DNA from: Azolla caroliniana
Lineage: Eukaryota; Plantae; Polypodiophyta
Assembly (NCBI GenBank): GCA_043228905.1
Contig: JBHGNT010000015.1
Coordinates: 13,702,001-13,766,000, forward strand
Direction: 5' to 3'
DNA length: 64,000 bases
The translations under genes and the position numbers were made by a program. This document shows, in pieces, positions 1 through 12,531 of this stretch; the stretch's first letter is position 1, and every line of letters starts with the position of its first letter. Under the pieces are notes generated by a model, which was not told where the DNA came from, did no database searches, and worked only from the letters and a program-made list of their open reading frames with translations.

Positions 1-284
1 TGCCCCGGTATTCTCCTCCGTTGTCCACTCGAACTACCTTCAGCTTCTGGCCAATTTCTCTTTCCACTCTCGCGTGGAATTCCTTGAAGATGGATAGCAC
101 CTGATCCTTCATCTTCAACAGTGAGACCCACAACTTCCGGTTATGGTCGTCTCTGAACGTCCTGAAGTACTGCGATCCGGCATGTGACTTCGTGTCCACT
201 TGACACACATCGGTATGCACCAACTCCAGTGGTGCATTCCGTCTCATCGGTGGTCTTGACCGGAAGGAGGTTCGGTTTTGCTTG

Positions 285-524
285 CCGGCTAGGCAATCGG
301 TGCACTTCTCAAGTTGCATGTCCTTCACCGGAATGAGATTATCTTCGGCAAGTCTCTTCATCCCTTTTTGGCTCATATGACACAGTCTCTTGTGCCACAG
401 CTCACCGGCTAGGCAATCGGTGCACTTCTCAAGTTGCACGTCCTTCACCGGAATGAGATTATCTTCGGCAAGTCTCTTCATCCCCTTCTGGCTCATATGA
501 CACAGTCTCTTGTGCCACAGCTCA
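285..524. repeat. 120-bp tandem duplication inside copia pol
   Basis: 285-404 and 405-524 are near-identical (ccggctaggcaatcgg...gccacagctca). Confidence 0.95.
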
Positions 525-1565
525 CTGGCAATGTTGGATGCTACGTTCACTTCTTCTTGGTGTATCCGGGCATTCATCAAGTACAATGTGTTGACCGTCC
601 AGGCTCGAGACACTATTAGGCTTCATTTGCTGAACTTCATGACTCTGTTCCGGATGCTACTCGTGTAGCCTTCATCATCTAGTCGACCGGCTGATATCAT
701 GTAGTCGAACCTCCGAAACGTGTCCGACATCCTTCAATAGTAACTTGCATCCAGATGATGTCGTCAATAACATGTCTCCTATGCCGCCGACAATTCGGCA
801 TGTACCTTCATTCCCCATACGGACACAACCATGATCTCTGGCTGTGTAGGACGAGAAGCACCTCCGGTCCGATGTCAGGTGGAACGACGCTCTGGAATCG
901 ACGACCCACTTGTCTCGTCACCGACAAGGTTTAACTCATTCTCCTCGGTAATGAGCATCAGTTCCTCTTCACTTGTCGCGATCGTAGACGTTCCTTTCCG
1001 ATCCAGGCCTCTCTAGTCCGAACCGTTTCGGTCTGAACTCTTCTTCGAATCGGTAGTGTCAGAGCCATCCTAGTACCAGAGCCTCACTAGCTTCCGGAAT
1101 ACCAAAACCTGATTAACGGCATTCTTGTTCTGGAACAGGACGCCAATCTTCTCCCAGAGTTCAGGAGCATTGCTCTCTTCATTGAAGTTGTTGTACATGC
1201 TCATGTCGATGAAGCACCGGATGTATGCCATCGTCTTCATGTGCATCACCTCCCACATTGTGGCCTCGATCTTATCCTGTCTCTTGTCCCGGAACTGTAC
1301 CGGTAACCAAAGAACTTTAACCACCAGCATATCCCTCATCTTCGACTTCCACATTGAGTAGTTGGAGCCGGTGAGCTTGAACATGCTACCGAATGACTCT
1401 TCCATTTCCTATGTTGTTCGCTCTGATACCAAATTGTGAAGAACAGCGCGGAATATTGCTCGACCACAACCAAGTCTTGGATCACTTCAATGGGAATGAA
1501 ACACAAAAATGGGAAATAGAGAGTGAACACACATAAGCAATAGAGAGTACTCAGGATGTTTACGT

Positions 1566-2198
1566 TGTCGTGATGATTTTTGGCTACGGTGTGAAACTGA
1601 GTGAGACGAATAAACCAAGGATGGGCAACATTGCACATGCACTTAGCAAATAAGCCTAAGGCCTAGTGGCACTTGAGTTCATACAGAGTGGTGCAAGCAA
1701 GGTTTGAACCTTGCACCTCTAATATACAAGATGTTTGCCTTACTACTAGGACAACTATCATATAGTATAAATTTTATGTATTCCTTTTCATATACGAATT
1801 ATAGACGAAACAACCATAGAAAACCATGTGAAGAAAACCATGGTTCTAAACCCATGGATTGTGCATGTCATAAGAAAAACCATGTCCCCAAAACCATGGT
1901 TCTAAACCCATGGTTTTGTGCATGAATAGAGCTATAAAAACCCTAGTGGAGCTTGTGTAAAGGGGGGCTCAATATGTGATATCACCAACACCACTAACAT
2001 CAATATAATTATATTTGTCTTTATCTTCTTGATATTTTTCTACTTCTCAAGTGTACAATCTTTCATCTTCTCAAGTGAACAAATTTCATCCAATCTTACA
2101 TTGATCGTCATCTCTTCAATAATTCCACGAACGTCCTCCCCAGTCCAAGACCCCGGTGGTCGCTCGAGTATCACACGCACGCACAAATCTTCACGACA
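1566..2198. mobile_element. Solo LTR inserted in the copia LTR, 4-bp TSD ACGT
   Basis: Ends tgtcgtga...tcacgaca. acgt at 1562-1565 and 2199-2202. Removal restores gatgtttacgtggaaaacc, as in sister copia LTRs. Terminal aaatcttcacgaca is shared with LTR 37880-38404. Confidence 0.85.
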
Positions 2199-2568
2199 AC
2201 GTGGAAAACCCTAATAGGGAAAAACCATGGGAGCCCACAGACTCCGAACTATCACTATATCAGAAAGTTACAATTAGACACTTGGAGGCAACGACCTCGA
2301 GCTCTGTTTCTTCACCGAGCGGCGGTTACAACAGAGTATCTCTATGTATCTCCTCTCTCTCTCTCTCTCTCTCTCTCAGTCACTCGCTCTATACAACAGT
2401 TATACATAAGACAATATGACAACGTTCTTCATAAAGTGATTGCCCTAAGTCATATTTATACTTATATGAACTTAGGGCTATTTACAAATATATCTTCTCT
2501 CTTCCGGTTCTCACCGGGTCCACTTCATTCTTAACCGGATCCCATCCGGAGGGACTGGCTTCCCAACA

Positions 2569-3698
2569 TGTACCATATCTTGTTGCTGGTATGCGTACTC
2601 GTCGATGCACCCAAGTGGTTTTCTTCTATGAGCAACATCAATTGTAGCTTGAAAAACGAAGGCGTATTCTCCCTCGTGCCGACCACCATTCAGAATGCTT
2701 CGAACTTCGACACCAACCCTCTAAGGCAAACTTGCAACATTTCGTCCTCCTCAACGTTCACATTGATGGAGGTGAGAGAGTCGTAGATCTCCTTGATCTT
2801 GGTGGTGTAGCCAAGCACCGACATGTCTCTTTGTCGAACGTTGCTCAGCTCTTGTCTGAGCTGAACTTTTTGGCGGTTGTGCTTGCGGCGAAAATCTTCT
2901 TCATATTTCCCCAAGAATCCTTCGGCATCCTAGCATCCTGAATGTAGCTCAAAAGTTGATCGCTCACCCAGGATGCAGAGCAGTAGAGAACTCTGCTTGC
3001 CACCTGTTCCCAAGGCTGGAAATCTCTGTGTATCGACTTGGGTGCTGCACCATTAGCTCCTTCAACGTAACTCTAGTAACCATGCTCGAGCAGGTACTGG
3101 TGCATCTTGTATAGTATGTCCTATCGAGCTTATCGGTCGGAAGCGAGCTTCCCATTCCTCTGTCCATGTTCCTATCTTTTTCTTTTCCGAAAAACGAGAA
3201 AACTTGTCTTTCTCTTGTTCGCTTGCTTTCCGGTCGGCTGCAGAGGAATCTCAACCCTCGCGCTTTGATACAATGTAAAAGAATGCATGTGCGATAGACA
3301 CTGAGTACACAGTCGGTTTCGGAAACTCGACGATTAGGTAAACACAGAGAATGGAGAGAAAGAGAGACAGAGACAGAGACAGAGAGTAGAGAACAACTTC
3401 TATTTCAAATAAATAAGAACTTTGTACATACATTGATCTCAGTGAGCACTTTTTATACAAACCCCTGACGAGTGGGTTGACACAAGTACCATCAGTACTT
3501 GAATGCTCATAAATGAGCCGGACACTAATTCTGCCTACAATATTCCTATTTAGTATAATAGAAATATAGACCCTCAACGGCCTTTCGGAATCCTTTCGAC
3601 TCGACTTACAGCCCTCGGCCCCCGGCCCTCGGTTCTCGATTCCTTCAGCTCTCGGCTTCTTCAGCCCATTAGGCCCATTTTGAGCTTGTCTCTCAACA
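2569..3698 (-). mobile_element. Ty1/copia fragment of a different family: 5' LTR 3274-3698, degenerate PBS-Met, gag remnant
   Basis: LTR tgtaaa...tctcaaca. cgctttgataca at 3261-3272. Gag-like ORF 2690-2914 (QLRQELSNVRQRDMSVLGYTTKIKEI). Interrupted at 2568 by the younger copia. Confidence 0.8.
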
Positions 3699-3927
3699 CA
3701 TTGTCATTTAACCCTCACACTTTATCCATGTGTATAAAATACTACGGTACATTCTCACCACAAGATATTATATGGTCATGCTCGTAACACCTATGCCAAC
3801 AACTATCGATACGACTACGACTACGATGAGCAATATGAGCCTTTGTACCCTCCCGAACCATAGATGGAGAGGAGATCTCCCAACAATAATAGATTCACGC
3901 ATAATCAGCAATATGGCAATAATCGGT

Positions 3928-4831
3928 TGGTACCTTCTATGGTAACACAGCCTACACTCGGTCCTTCAGGGTATGACTCAAGGAGATTATGGTTCAAGAT
4001 ATGGAGAGTGTGTTGCAATTGTCTTACGGATGACTGGGTGCGTAACGCGTAGCGTGGCGTACACGTGGAGATTGTGAAGGTTGGGAAGACGGTTACAACT
4101 GACTTCATACGCAATCTCCTATAATGCGTAAGACTCAACACAGAAATAACTCACACAGATAATTACACATAAAGCTATATGTAGAATACACAGACAGTAG
4201 GAACAAAACAAAACTATATTAAGAGTTGTATATCCCAAAATTCTATGCTCCCCCTTGACAAGTTTTCCATTCCCTTTATATACAAGGTCATGGTCAGTTA
4301 CACTTGGAGCGTGAACCGTTACAAGCGTTCGTAACGCTCTACTCTTTTCCTACGGTTGCTATTCCCCTCATGATTACGCTATGGCCCAAGACCGTCCCTA
4401 CGTCTTCCCTTTTCTTCGCCTTTTCCCACTTGGCCGACCAAGGCGGTTAACACATGGCACACCTATGGGATAGTGTTGGCACATCGAACTCACCTCCGCC
4501 CTTCATTCATCATCAAGGATATCCAATATGTTCGGTTCCGAGCGGTCGCTTACGTCACTCGCGACGAGGGTCGAAGGACACTACATCAATGGCGCAACGT
4601 TAATCGTCCCAGTTGCTTTTGCTGTTGCGGGTGAGGAAGTCCATTTGGTTCCGTTGGCATGGGGTCGACATTCGGTCTCGTCAGCTCCGGGGCCGCTTCT
4701 TGTGTGTGCGCTTGTTGTGGACCTTCATTCATGGGGAAGTTGATCGATGCCTGTTCTTCATGCGATCTTTCAGTCAGGGTCGTAGGCTCTCATAGTGGCT
4801 CTTCGTGGCTCTCATGGTGGCTCTCATGGTG
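3928..4831 (-). mobile_element. Ty3/gypsy 3' fragment: LTR 3928-4452 related to LTR 16945-17413, plus adjacent internal sequence
   Basis: The reverse complement starts tgttaaccgcc and shares aacggttcacgc, gtatataaaggg, ttgcaaca and the gaagga..ggta.ca end with the LTR at 16945. Purine tract on the minus strand near 4490-4505. Confidence 0.6.
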
Positions 4832-7800
4832 ACGGCCACGACACTGCTCCCCCTGCATAGGTCATCACATACCCTAACGTGGATCGGCTCGAGTCTACAT
4901 CCCTGGACATGTCTGAGTCGATAAACCCTTCGAGCATGGGTTTTCCGACACCATACCTTAGGCATACCCTCGAGGTGCTTTTTAAGTACCTGAGTAGCCA
5001 CTTCACTACTGCCCAGTGTTCTCTTCCTGGATTACTGATGTATCGGCTTACTATTCCCACAACAAAAGCTATGTCTAGTCTCGTGCAAACCATAGCATAC
5101 ATTAGACTGCCAACAGCTAAGGCATATGGTACTTTCCTCATCTCAGCCTTTTCTTTCTCCCCTCTTGAGCATTTCTTTGCATTTAGTTTGCAGTTAGTCG
5201 GTAACACAGAGCCGATCGGCTTTGCTTCTAACATGTTGAATCTTTCTAGGATCTTAGTCACGTATTTCTCTTGTGACAACCATAACACTTTCTTGGTTCA
5301 ATCTCGAACTATGTGCATCCCTAAGATTTGTTTCGCCGGTCCAAGATCTTTCATGATAAACGATTTGCCTAGAGCTTTCTTCAAGCTTCCGATCTTCCTT
5401 GTATCTTGACCAACTATCAAGAAGTCACCTTTGTCGTACTTTTTTACGAACACATAGTGATCAGCTTGTGTTTTCTGGAACCTATGTTCCACCGTGAAGG
5501 ACTCAAACTTCTTGTACCATTGGTGTGGAGCTTGTTTCAAACCATACAAGCTTTTCTTCAGTCGACACACCAGGTTCTCTTCCCCTTTATCCTCAAAACC
5601 TTCAGGTTGCTGCATGTAAATCTCTTCAACCAGCTCCCCATGCAAGAATGTTGTCTTGACATCCAACTGTTCGATCTCTAGATCCATACTGGCAACTATG
5701 CTCAAAACAGTTCTAATGGATGTCATCTTGACGACTGGAGCGAATATTTTGTCGAAGTCGACACCCTTTTTCTATTGGAACCCCTTCACTACTATGCAGA
5801 CTTTATAGCTAGGCGCACTGTTCACTTCTCTAGTCTTCACCTTGTAGACCCATTTATTCCTGAGTGCTCTCTTACCTTTTTGACAGCCCTACTAGGTCAT
5901 AGGTATAATTCTCGTGCAAAGAATCCATCTCATCTTGCATCGTACTCAGCCATTTCTCTCTGTGCTTGTTGGCAATGGCTTCGTCATAGTACTCAGGTTC
6001 ACCTTCATCAGTCAAGAGGATGTATTGAATGGCATATGTCATCGGTGCTCTCCTTTCTCTGAGTGGGAGGGTATCTCCTTCCACTCATTGTTGGCCCTCG
6101 TTCAGATGTCTCTACCAACTCTTCTCCTGGTTCATTCATGTTGATCGGTTGTCAGATGTTCACTGACTCTAATTCGTATTCATCGATCGACTTTAACAGA
6201 TCTCCCAACTCAAGCTCATAGTTGGTCGGTCTCTCGGATTCAGCTGTGCCGACTAGCTGTCTCTAAACAACTGGTTGTTTTGGTTCACTTGGCCTCAAGT
6301 CGATAGTACTAGAGGTTGACTGGTTAGTCAATTCCAACTTTTGCTGCTTCCAGTCCTCTATGGTCTTGTCTTCCAAGAAGACTACGTCCCAGCTCCTCAC
6401 TACCTTCTTGTCGACTAGGTCCCAAAGACTATAATCAAACTCATATTCCGAGTACCCCATGAATATGCATGGTTTTGACTTATTGTCGAGCTTTAACCTT
6501 TGATCCTTAGCAACATGCATATACCCTAGGCATCTGAACACCCTCAAGTGTCGGTAGGAGACATCCTTTCCTGTCCACACCCTTTGTCGGACATCACCTT
6601 TCAATGGTACTAAGGGGAACCTGTTGATCAGATACACGGTCGTGTACATCGCCTCAGCCCAATATATTTTCGGCAGTTTAGCATGCGACAACATGCTCCT
6701 TACTCTATCCATGATTGTCTAGTTCATCCTCCCTGCAAGCCCATTTAACTCAGGTGTCTTCAGTACTGTGTATTCAATTTGAATACCTTGGGCCTTGTAG
6801 TATTCCTCGAACTTCCCTTTATATTTTCCACCATTGTCAGTTCGGATAGCTCTTGCTTGGAACTCCTTGAAAAATGACAGTACTTGATCTTTTGACTTTA
6901 GTACGAAAGCCCACAACTTCCGACTGTAGTCGTCGATGAAAGTCACAAAGTATTGTCCGCCTGAATGCGACGGAGCATCTACATAACACACATCCATGTG
7001 TACAGGTTCTAGTGTAGCTTCTCTTGTTCTTGGTGGCCGTGTGTGGAATGTTGCTCTCTTCTGCTTTCAGACTAAGTAGTCGACACACTTCTCCAGGTGC
7101 ACACCCTTTACTTCTGGTAGAAGCTTCTGGTCAGCCAACAGATGCAGCCCCTTCTCACTCATGTGGCCTAGCCTCTTATGACATATCTGTCCTGTCGAGT
7201 CAACTGCCACATTCACGTCTGACTTGCACAATCGGGCTTGCATCATATACAATGAATGTGCCTTCCTTCTGTGCTCGGGCCACTATAAGATTTCCTCGGC
7301 AGAACTTCCACTTCCCATTCCAAGAACTACCATTGTAGCTTTCACCGTCCAGTCTTCTGGTCAATATCAGATTCAATTTGATATCGGGGACGTGTCGAAC
7401 ATCCTTCAGAGTCAATCGACACCTTGTCAACGTCATCAGGCAGACACTTCCCAATACGGCTATCTTGCACTCCCCACTATCACCCATCTTTACATAACCA
7501 TGATCATCAGCTATGTAAGTCGAGAAATACTCTCTCAACGGAGTTATGTGGAAGGATGCACCGGAGTCGATCACCCAAGTGTATTCTTCGCTTGCAAGAT
7601 TTGCACTTGTCTATTCACAAATGAACAAGAGTTCTTCATTGCTCGTAGCAATGGCTGAAGCGTACTTTTCTTCAGGAATCTTCCTGGGTTCGACATTATT
7701 ACCGACACTCTTTTCCTTTTTAAGGTGTCGGCAATCTTTTTGGAAATGTCCAGGCTTTCCACAATAATAGCACATGAGCTTTCCTCTAGACTTCGACCTG

Positions 7801-8471
7801 GCTTGAGACTTTTCTCACCTTTGTGGACTCCTTTGCCGGTTCCTTCCTCTGCCGATGTGTTGAGTCAAATTTGAATCCGATTGGACTAGGACACCCTTGT
7901 CCTTCCTTCTCGCTTCCTCATTCAGGATGCTTGTCTTCACCGATTGTAAAGACAAGTTCTCTTCTTGACAAGAGGTGTTGAGAGTAACCATCGGGTTCTC
8001 CCAGCTATCCGGTAGTGTGCACATCAGTAGGATGGCCTACATAGCATCATCAAGGGGAAACTTGGTTGCCGCAAGTTGATTTACATACCCCATGAATGTG
8101 TTGATGTGTTCGACGATGCTCTCGCCGTCTCTGTATTTCAGCCGTACGATCTTTCTCATCAGTGAGGTTTTATTGAGGGTCTTATTCCTCTCATATAGAC
8201 CTGACAGCGTCTGCCACATCTCGTGGGCATTTGTGTCATTCGCCACATGCTCAAGGACACTTACATCGACACACTATCAAATGGTGGCCACTGCCTTTTT
8301 GTTAAGAAGTTTCCATTCTGACTCTAATACCCCTGTGGGTATTTCTGCTCTGTCGATCGGTTCGTACAAGTCTTTGACTATGAGAAGGTCCTCCATCTTT
8401 ATCTTCCAGTTTACATAGTTCTGAGAGTTTAGAACTATCATTCCTAGGAAGCCACTCACACCTCCTTCCAT
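4832..8471 (-). pseudogene. copia gag-pol pseudogene with multiple stops and frameshifts
   Basis: ORF pieces 8277-8471, 8037-8246, 7815-8024, 7200-7574, 6719-6997, 6263-6712, 5298-5726 and 4824-5288. Confidence 0.9.
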
Positions 8472-9165
8472 GTTTGCACCTCAAGCTCTGATACCAGTTT
8501 GTTGAAAAACGAATCGTCAATCCACAAGAAAAGGAATATGCTGAAATACACAACTCTAAAAACATAGAAAACAATGTGCACAGATTTAACGTGGAAAACC
8601 CTAAAGAGGGAGAAAACCACTAAGGACGGAGCTTCACTATACAGTGGATATACAACAACGAGATTAGAGTACAACACTCTCTACACAAAGTGTAAAACAG
8701 CCTCATAGGGCTCTTGGCGTATGTTGTTTCTAAAGCAAAGCTATGGCACCGCTCACTCACTCACGCTCTCACACACACTCTCTTCTCTCTATATCATGTT
8801 ACGCTACAAAGGCTCACACATATATCTCTAACTTTGTCCTATTTTCCCTAGGTGTATTTATACTTATACACAGAATGGGCTATTTACAATCATGGTCATT
8901 ATTATTATCCAATAATAATAATAATAATAGTCTTACTAATCAGCCGACTCATTCGTCGACTATTGGGTCGGTCTAACTAGTCGGCCTGGTCATCGACCAT
9001 CTGGTTGGCCCGACTAGTCGATCATGTCTTCGACCTCGATCAACTCTCTCTCAGATGACTCCTCAACCGTCGGCTCCCATCCGATCAGTCGGTTGCTCCT
9101 TGTCTTCGACTGTCGGCTCTCTCCGAATAGTTGGCTCCTCCCATTGGAGGGACATATTCCTAATA
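4832..9165 (-). mobile_element. Ty1/copia, degenerate and 3'-truncated (5' LTR 8500-9165, PBS-Met 8485-8496)
   Basis: Ordered gag-PR-INT-RT fragments homologous to the intact copia ORF (QNYVNWKIKMEDLLIVKDLYEP; IDSGASFH; FIDDYSRK; LKKSLYGLKQAP). Breaks at GAVSW in RNase H, with no 3' LTR. Confidence 0.92.
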
Positions 9166-9461
9166 ATTATATGAATTGAGTCAAAAATTTGTAAATGGTT
9201 TTTTAGGTAAGTGATAGCTAATAACTTGATAAGAACATTCACCATAGGATGATAATAGCTAGTTGAATCTATGATGAAACAAAATATTGAGTAGAATATT
9301 TTAAAGAGAAATACCTATTATCAACACACTTGTTATTATCACTATTATGTATTTTAGCTATAAAAGCCATAAAAGCTATTAAATCTATTAGAGGTATTAG
9401 AGTTATTAGAGCTATTTAAGCTATTTAAGCTATTAGAGCTATAAAAGCTATTACCCACAAA

Positions 9462-11999
9462 TGTCGGTGCCTATTATGCATGGGTGACACTTGGGACTCA
9501 TGCATGGGTGACACTTGGAACTCATGCATCCACTTTTCTCATGCATGGGTGACACTTGCCACTCATGCACCCACTTTTCTCATGCATGGGTGACACTTGG
9601 CACTCATGCACCCAACTTCCTCATGTATAAAAAGAGGAAGAATAATCTTATCAAGGGGGGAAGCACAGTAGATGTCAAATACTATTGTAATGAGATAGAC
9701 AAGAAATACTATTGTAATTATCTTGGAAATATCAATACAAGCTATTTTTGTTTCTCCTCTTTCTTTGACAAGAAGCCCGATGCGTACTTCCCATATTCAC
9801 ATTTCCTTTTTCTGTTGCACGTGTACGCCATGATCAACATCACAATGGTGAACCCGACACGAACGAGGTAAGTTAAGAGAGATGGAGAACCAACAAGTAG
9901 TCTTAGAGCCACGAATCAACCAAGAAGTCGTTGTGGAGCCACAAATTAACGTGGTGTTGCAAATGATTGAAATAATGATGCAAAGCCAAGAACGTGCAAC
10001 TGCTCTTCAACGAATCAATCAGGCTATTGACAAGCTTGTAGAGAAAATAGGTCTCCTTGAAGGTAAAAATATATCTAAATGCTTACAAGTATATGTTACT
10101 AAGATGGGTAGTAAAGGGTTAAACCAACATGATGTTCAAATGAATTTTGTGAGGATAGTTGAACTCCCTTTGAGAAATAGAGTCTTTGAACTCACAATAA
10201 GTTATAATGATTGGGTTGCATTTGAGCAAGCTTTATTAAATGAACACTTGCTTGGTGATACAATTCGAACATCAAGGAGGAGTTTCCTGGATTGGGTGGA
10301 CAAAGAGGACAAGAAGATTTCGGTGATGTAGTTGTTGAAAGAATTTGAAACTCGTTATAACCAATTAACAACAACTGAAAGGACTCTTTTGGAACCGGAG
10401 AAGGACATATTATTCTTGAAGGCATCAGACTGATCCTATCGTGAGAAACTAGTTGGATTCCTTGAAGACTGGACTACACCCATTGGTCTAGTATCTAATT
10501 GGAATCGAGTACATGAAGCCTGCAATAGAATTAGCAAAACAGCCCAATGGTGTGAATATCTTTCGATTGCCGGGGGTATTAAAGAGATCAGTTCTCAAGA
10601 TGAAGTGAAGACAACCATCAAGCAGGATACTGGGAGCTTGTCAACTATTTCCAAGGTACCTGAAACAATGATGGATGATCTTATCAAAGTTATAAGAGAT
10701 CTTTCATTACATGTTGCAAAGTTACAAGAAGAAAAATCCTCGCAGCCCCAAAAAGATTATGAAAGATGTATATGGTGTGACAATGTTGACCATTCAAGAG
10801 GAGGGTGTGATAACACTATCAAGAAGTGATAAACAGAGGGGTGATATTCTTCAAAGATGGTAAGATTTATTCTTCTGAAACTCGATTACCACTCCGAACT
10901 AACTTTAGAAGAGGTGGTATGAGAAGGATCATCGAAGCTATGAAAACAACTAGGACGAAAGTTGTCTATCAACCAACACCTACAATCATCCATGTTGGTG
11001 AAGGAGGATCCGAATCTGAATTTTGGTCGTGTATTTTGAAAGCTGCAAGAAAGGGTAAAAACGAGTTTGAAAAGTTGAAGTCTGGAGGTGATGTTGTCCG
11101 AAGCAATACTGGTTGGGAAGACCCAGTGGATGGCCTCTCAGTTTTCGCAAAGGTTGCAACAAACCAAGCCCATGAAGTGATCATGGAAGAGAAACGGAAA
11201 TGGGCAGAAAATGAAGATAACAAGAAGAGGGAGCTAAGAAGCGCTAAAAAGAGGGAGATAGAAAATCCAAAAATGGCAAGCCCTGACATTGAAAAAGGTA
11301 AGGATAAGAAGATTCCCTCGTTCAGATTATTATCAGATATTGAAGCTTCAACAGATTTGAAAAAAGTATTGGAAGAAAGAATTTTAGATAGTAAAGTGGA
11401 GCTTTCCTTGAGGGAACTTTTGGGCATAGCTAAAAAGGAATTTCATGAAGCAATAATAGATGGAATTAAAAGAAAATGGGAGAGTATTGAAGCTGCTGAA
11501 AACCAAGGAAATGAAGTGAAGAAATCAATGGTGGAAGTCATCAAAGGTGAACCAAGCTCTTCCATTGTTGGTTCACAAGCTACTGCGACGTCAACTTTTG
11601 AAGAGAAGCCGAAAGAGCTAAACAGCTACTATGTTAAGATTGGAAACCTTGAAGATTGGACGAGAGCAATAATAGAGAAATCTATGAAGATTGGAAACCT
11701 TGAAGATCCAATCGTGGCCTTAATCGGCCATGGCTCCAAAATTAATCCAATTTCTTACGATATTTACAGGAAAAGCTGATGGCCAATGGAAACAAATCAT
11801 GGGTGGAGGGTAAAATCGGCTAATTCAACAACCGAGGAACTTCATGGAGCTTGCCCAAAGATCAAAGTCACCATTGGAGATGGGCCAATGGAGCAACATT
11901 TCTTTATCCAAAATACCTCGTCATACCCAGTGATTCTTAGTCAACCATACATCACATCTTCTAGGATGGAGACGAAGGTGCTTGAAGATGGCTCGACAT
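9462..11999 (+). mobile_element. Ty3/gypsy-like element with tRNA-Trp PBS, 5' part (LTR ~9462-9839, gag, protease); resumes at 43777
   Basis: tggtgaacccgac at 9847-9859. Gag pieces 9882-10829 with a CxWC..H..C knuckle. Protease-like VALIGHGSKIN. Reading METKVLEDGST continues as YARIRSIDSK after 43781. Confidence 0.75.
9476..9625. repeat. ~40-bp tandem repeat (catgcatgggtgacacttggcactcatgcacccacttttct) inside the LTR
   Basis: About four gggtgacacttg cores are visible. Confidence 0.85.
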
Positions 12000-12531
12000 T
12001 GTCATGATTTAGCATGGTATGGCTTCAAAAGGATTTGAATTCATGACCTTGTGGCACATGGGCAAAAGCCTTACCATTAAACTATACATTGTAATACAAA
12101 GAATATTATTTCCATTTATTATTTCACTTAGGAAATACATGTATATTCTAGATTTCTCTGGAACATTCTAAAAATGTCAAGAGTATTCCTAAAGCCACTA
12201 TAAAAAGAGGCACATGGAATTATCGAGATCCAAATCGGTTCAATGTCAGTCTTAAGCCTCCTAGCTATCCTTGTATATTCTTTTCACATACTATATCCTT
12301 TTGTTATCATCATTCTCTCTCTCTTGGTCTCTCCCTCTCTCTCTCTCTCCCTCTCTCCTTTTTCTCGACTGTTCTACACCCTCTTTTGCTCTTAGTACTA
12401 ACCTTCATCTCTTAGTACTAATTCCCTCTCTGTTTCAGTACTATTCCTAACAGTTTGAACCGATTTCCTTCCTTCTTCTTACTCCTCTCTCCCTTCATAC
12501 TAATCCTCTTATCCCTCCTTTCTCTAATACT

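Larger units (their letters stand above)
1..2568 (-). mobile_element. Ty1/copia LTR retrotransposon, degenerate 5' part (5' LTR 1435-2568, PBS-Met 1420-1431, gag/protease/integrase remnants); continues left of the window
   Basis: gctctgatacca (reverse complement TGGTATCAGAGC) abuts the LTR. Gag ORF 1070-1405 (NYSMWKSKMRDMLVVK). Bases 1-1000 align by eye with the PR/INT region of the intact copia at 57063-61136. The LTR ends ...tcccaaca like the related copia LTRs. Confidence 0.9.

Noticed and set aside
4453-4470. tggcacacc as a PBS for a plus-strand LTR
   Set aside because: Homology to LTR 16945-17413 shows the adjacent LTR is minus-oriented, so this side is its PPT side.
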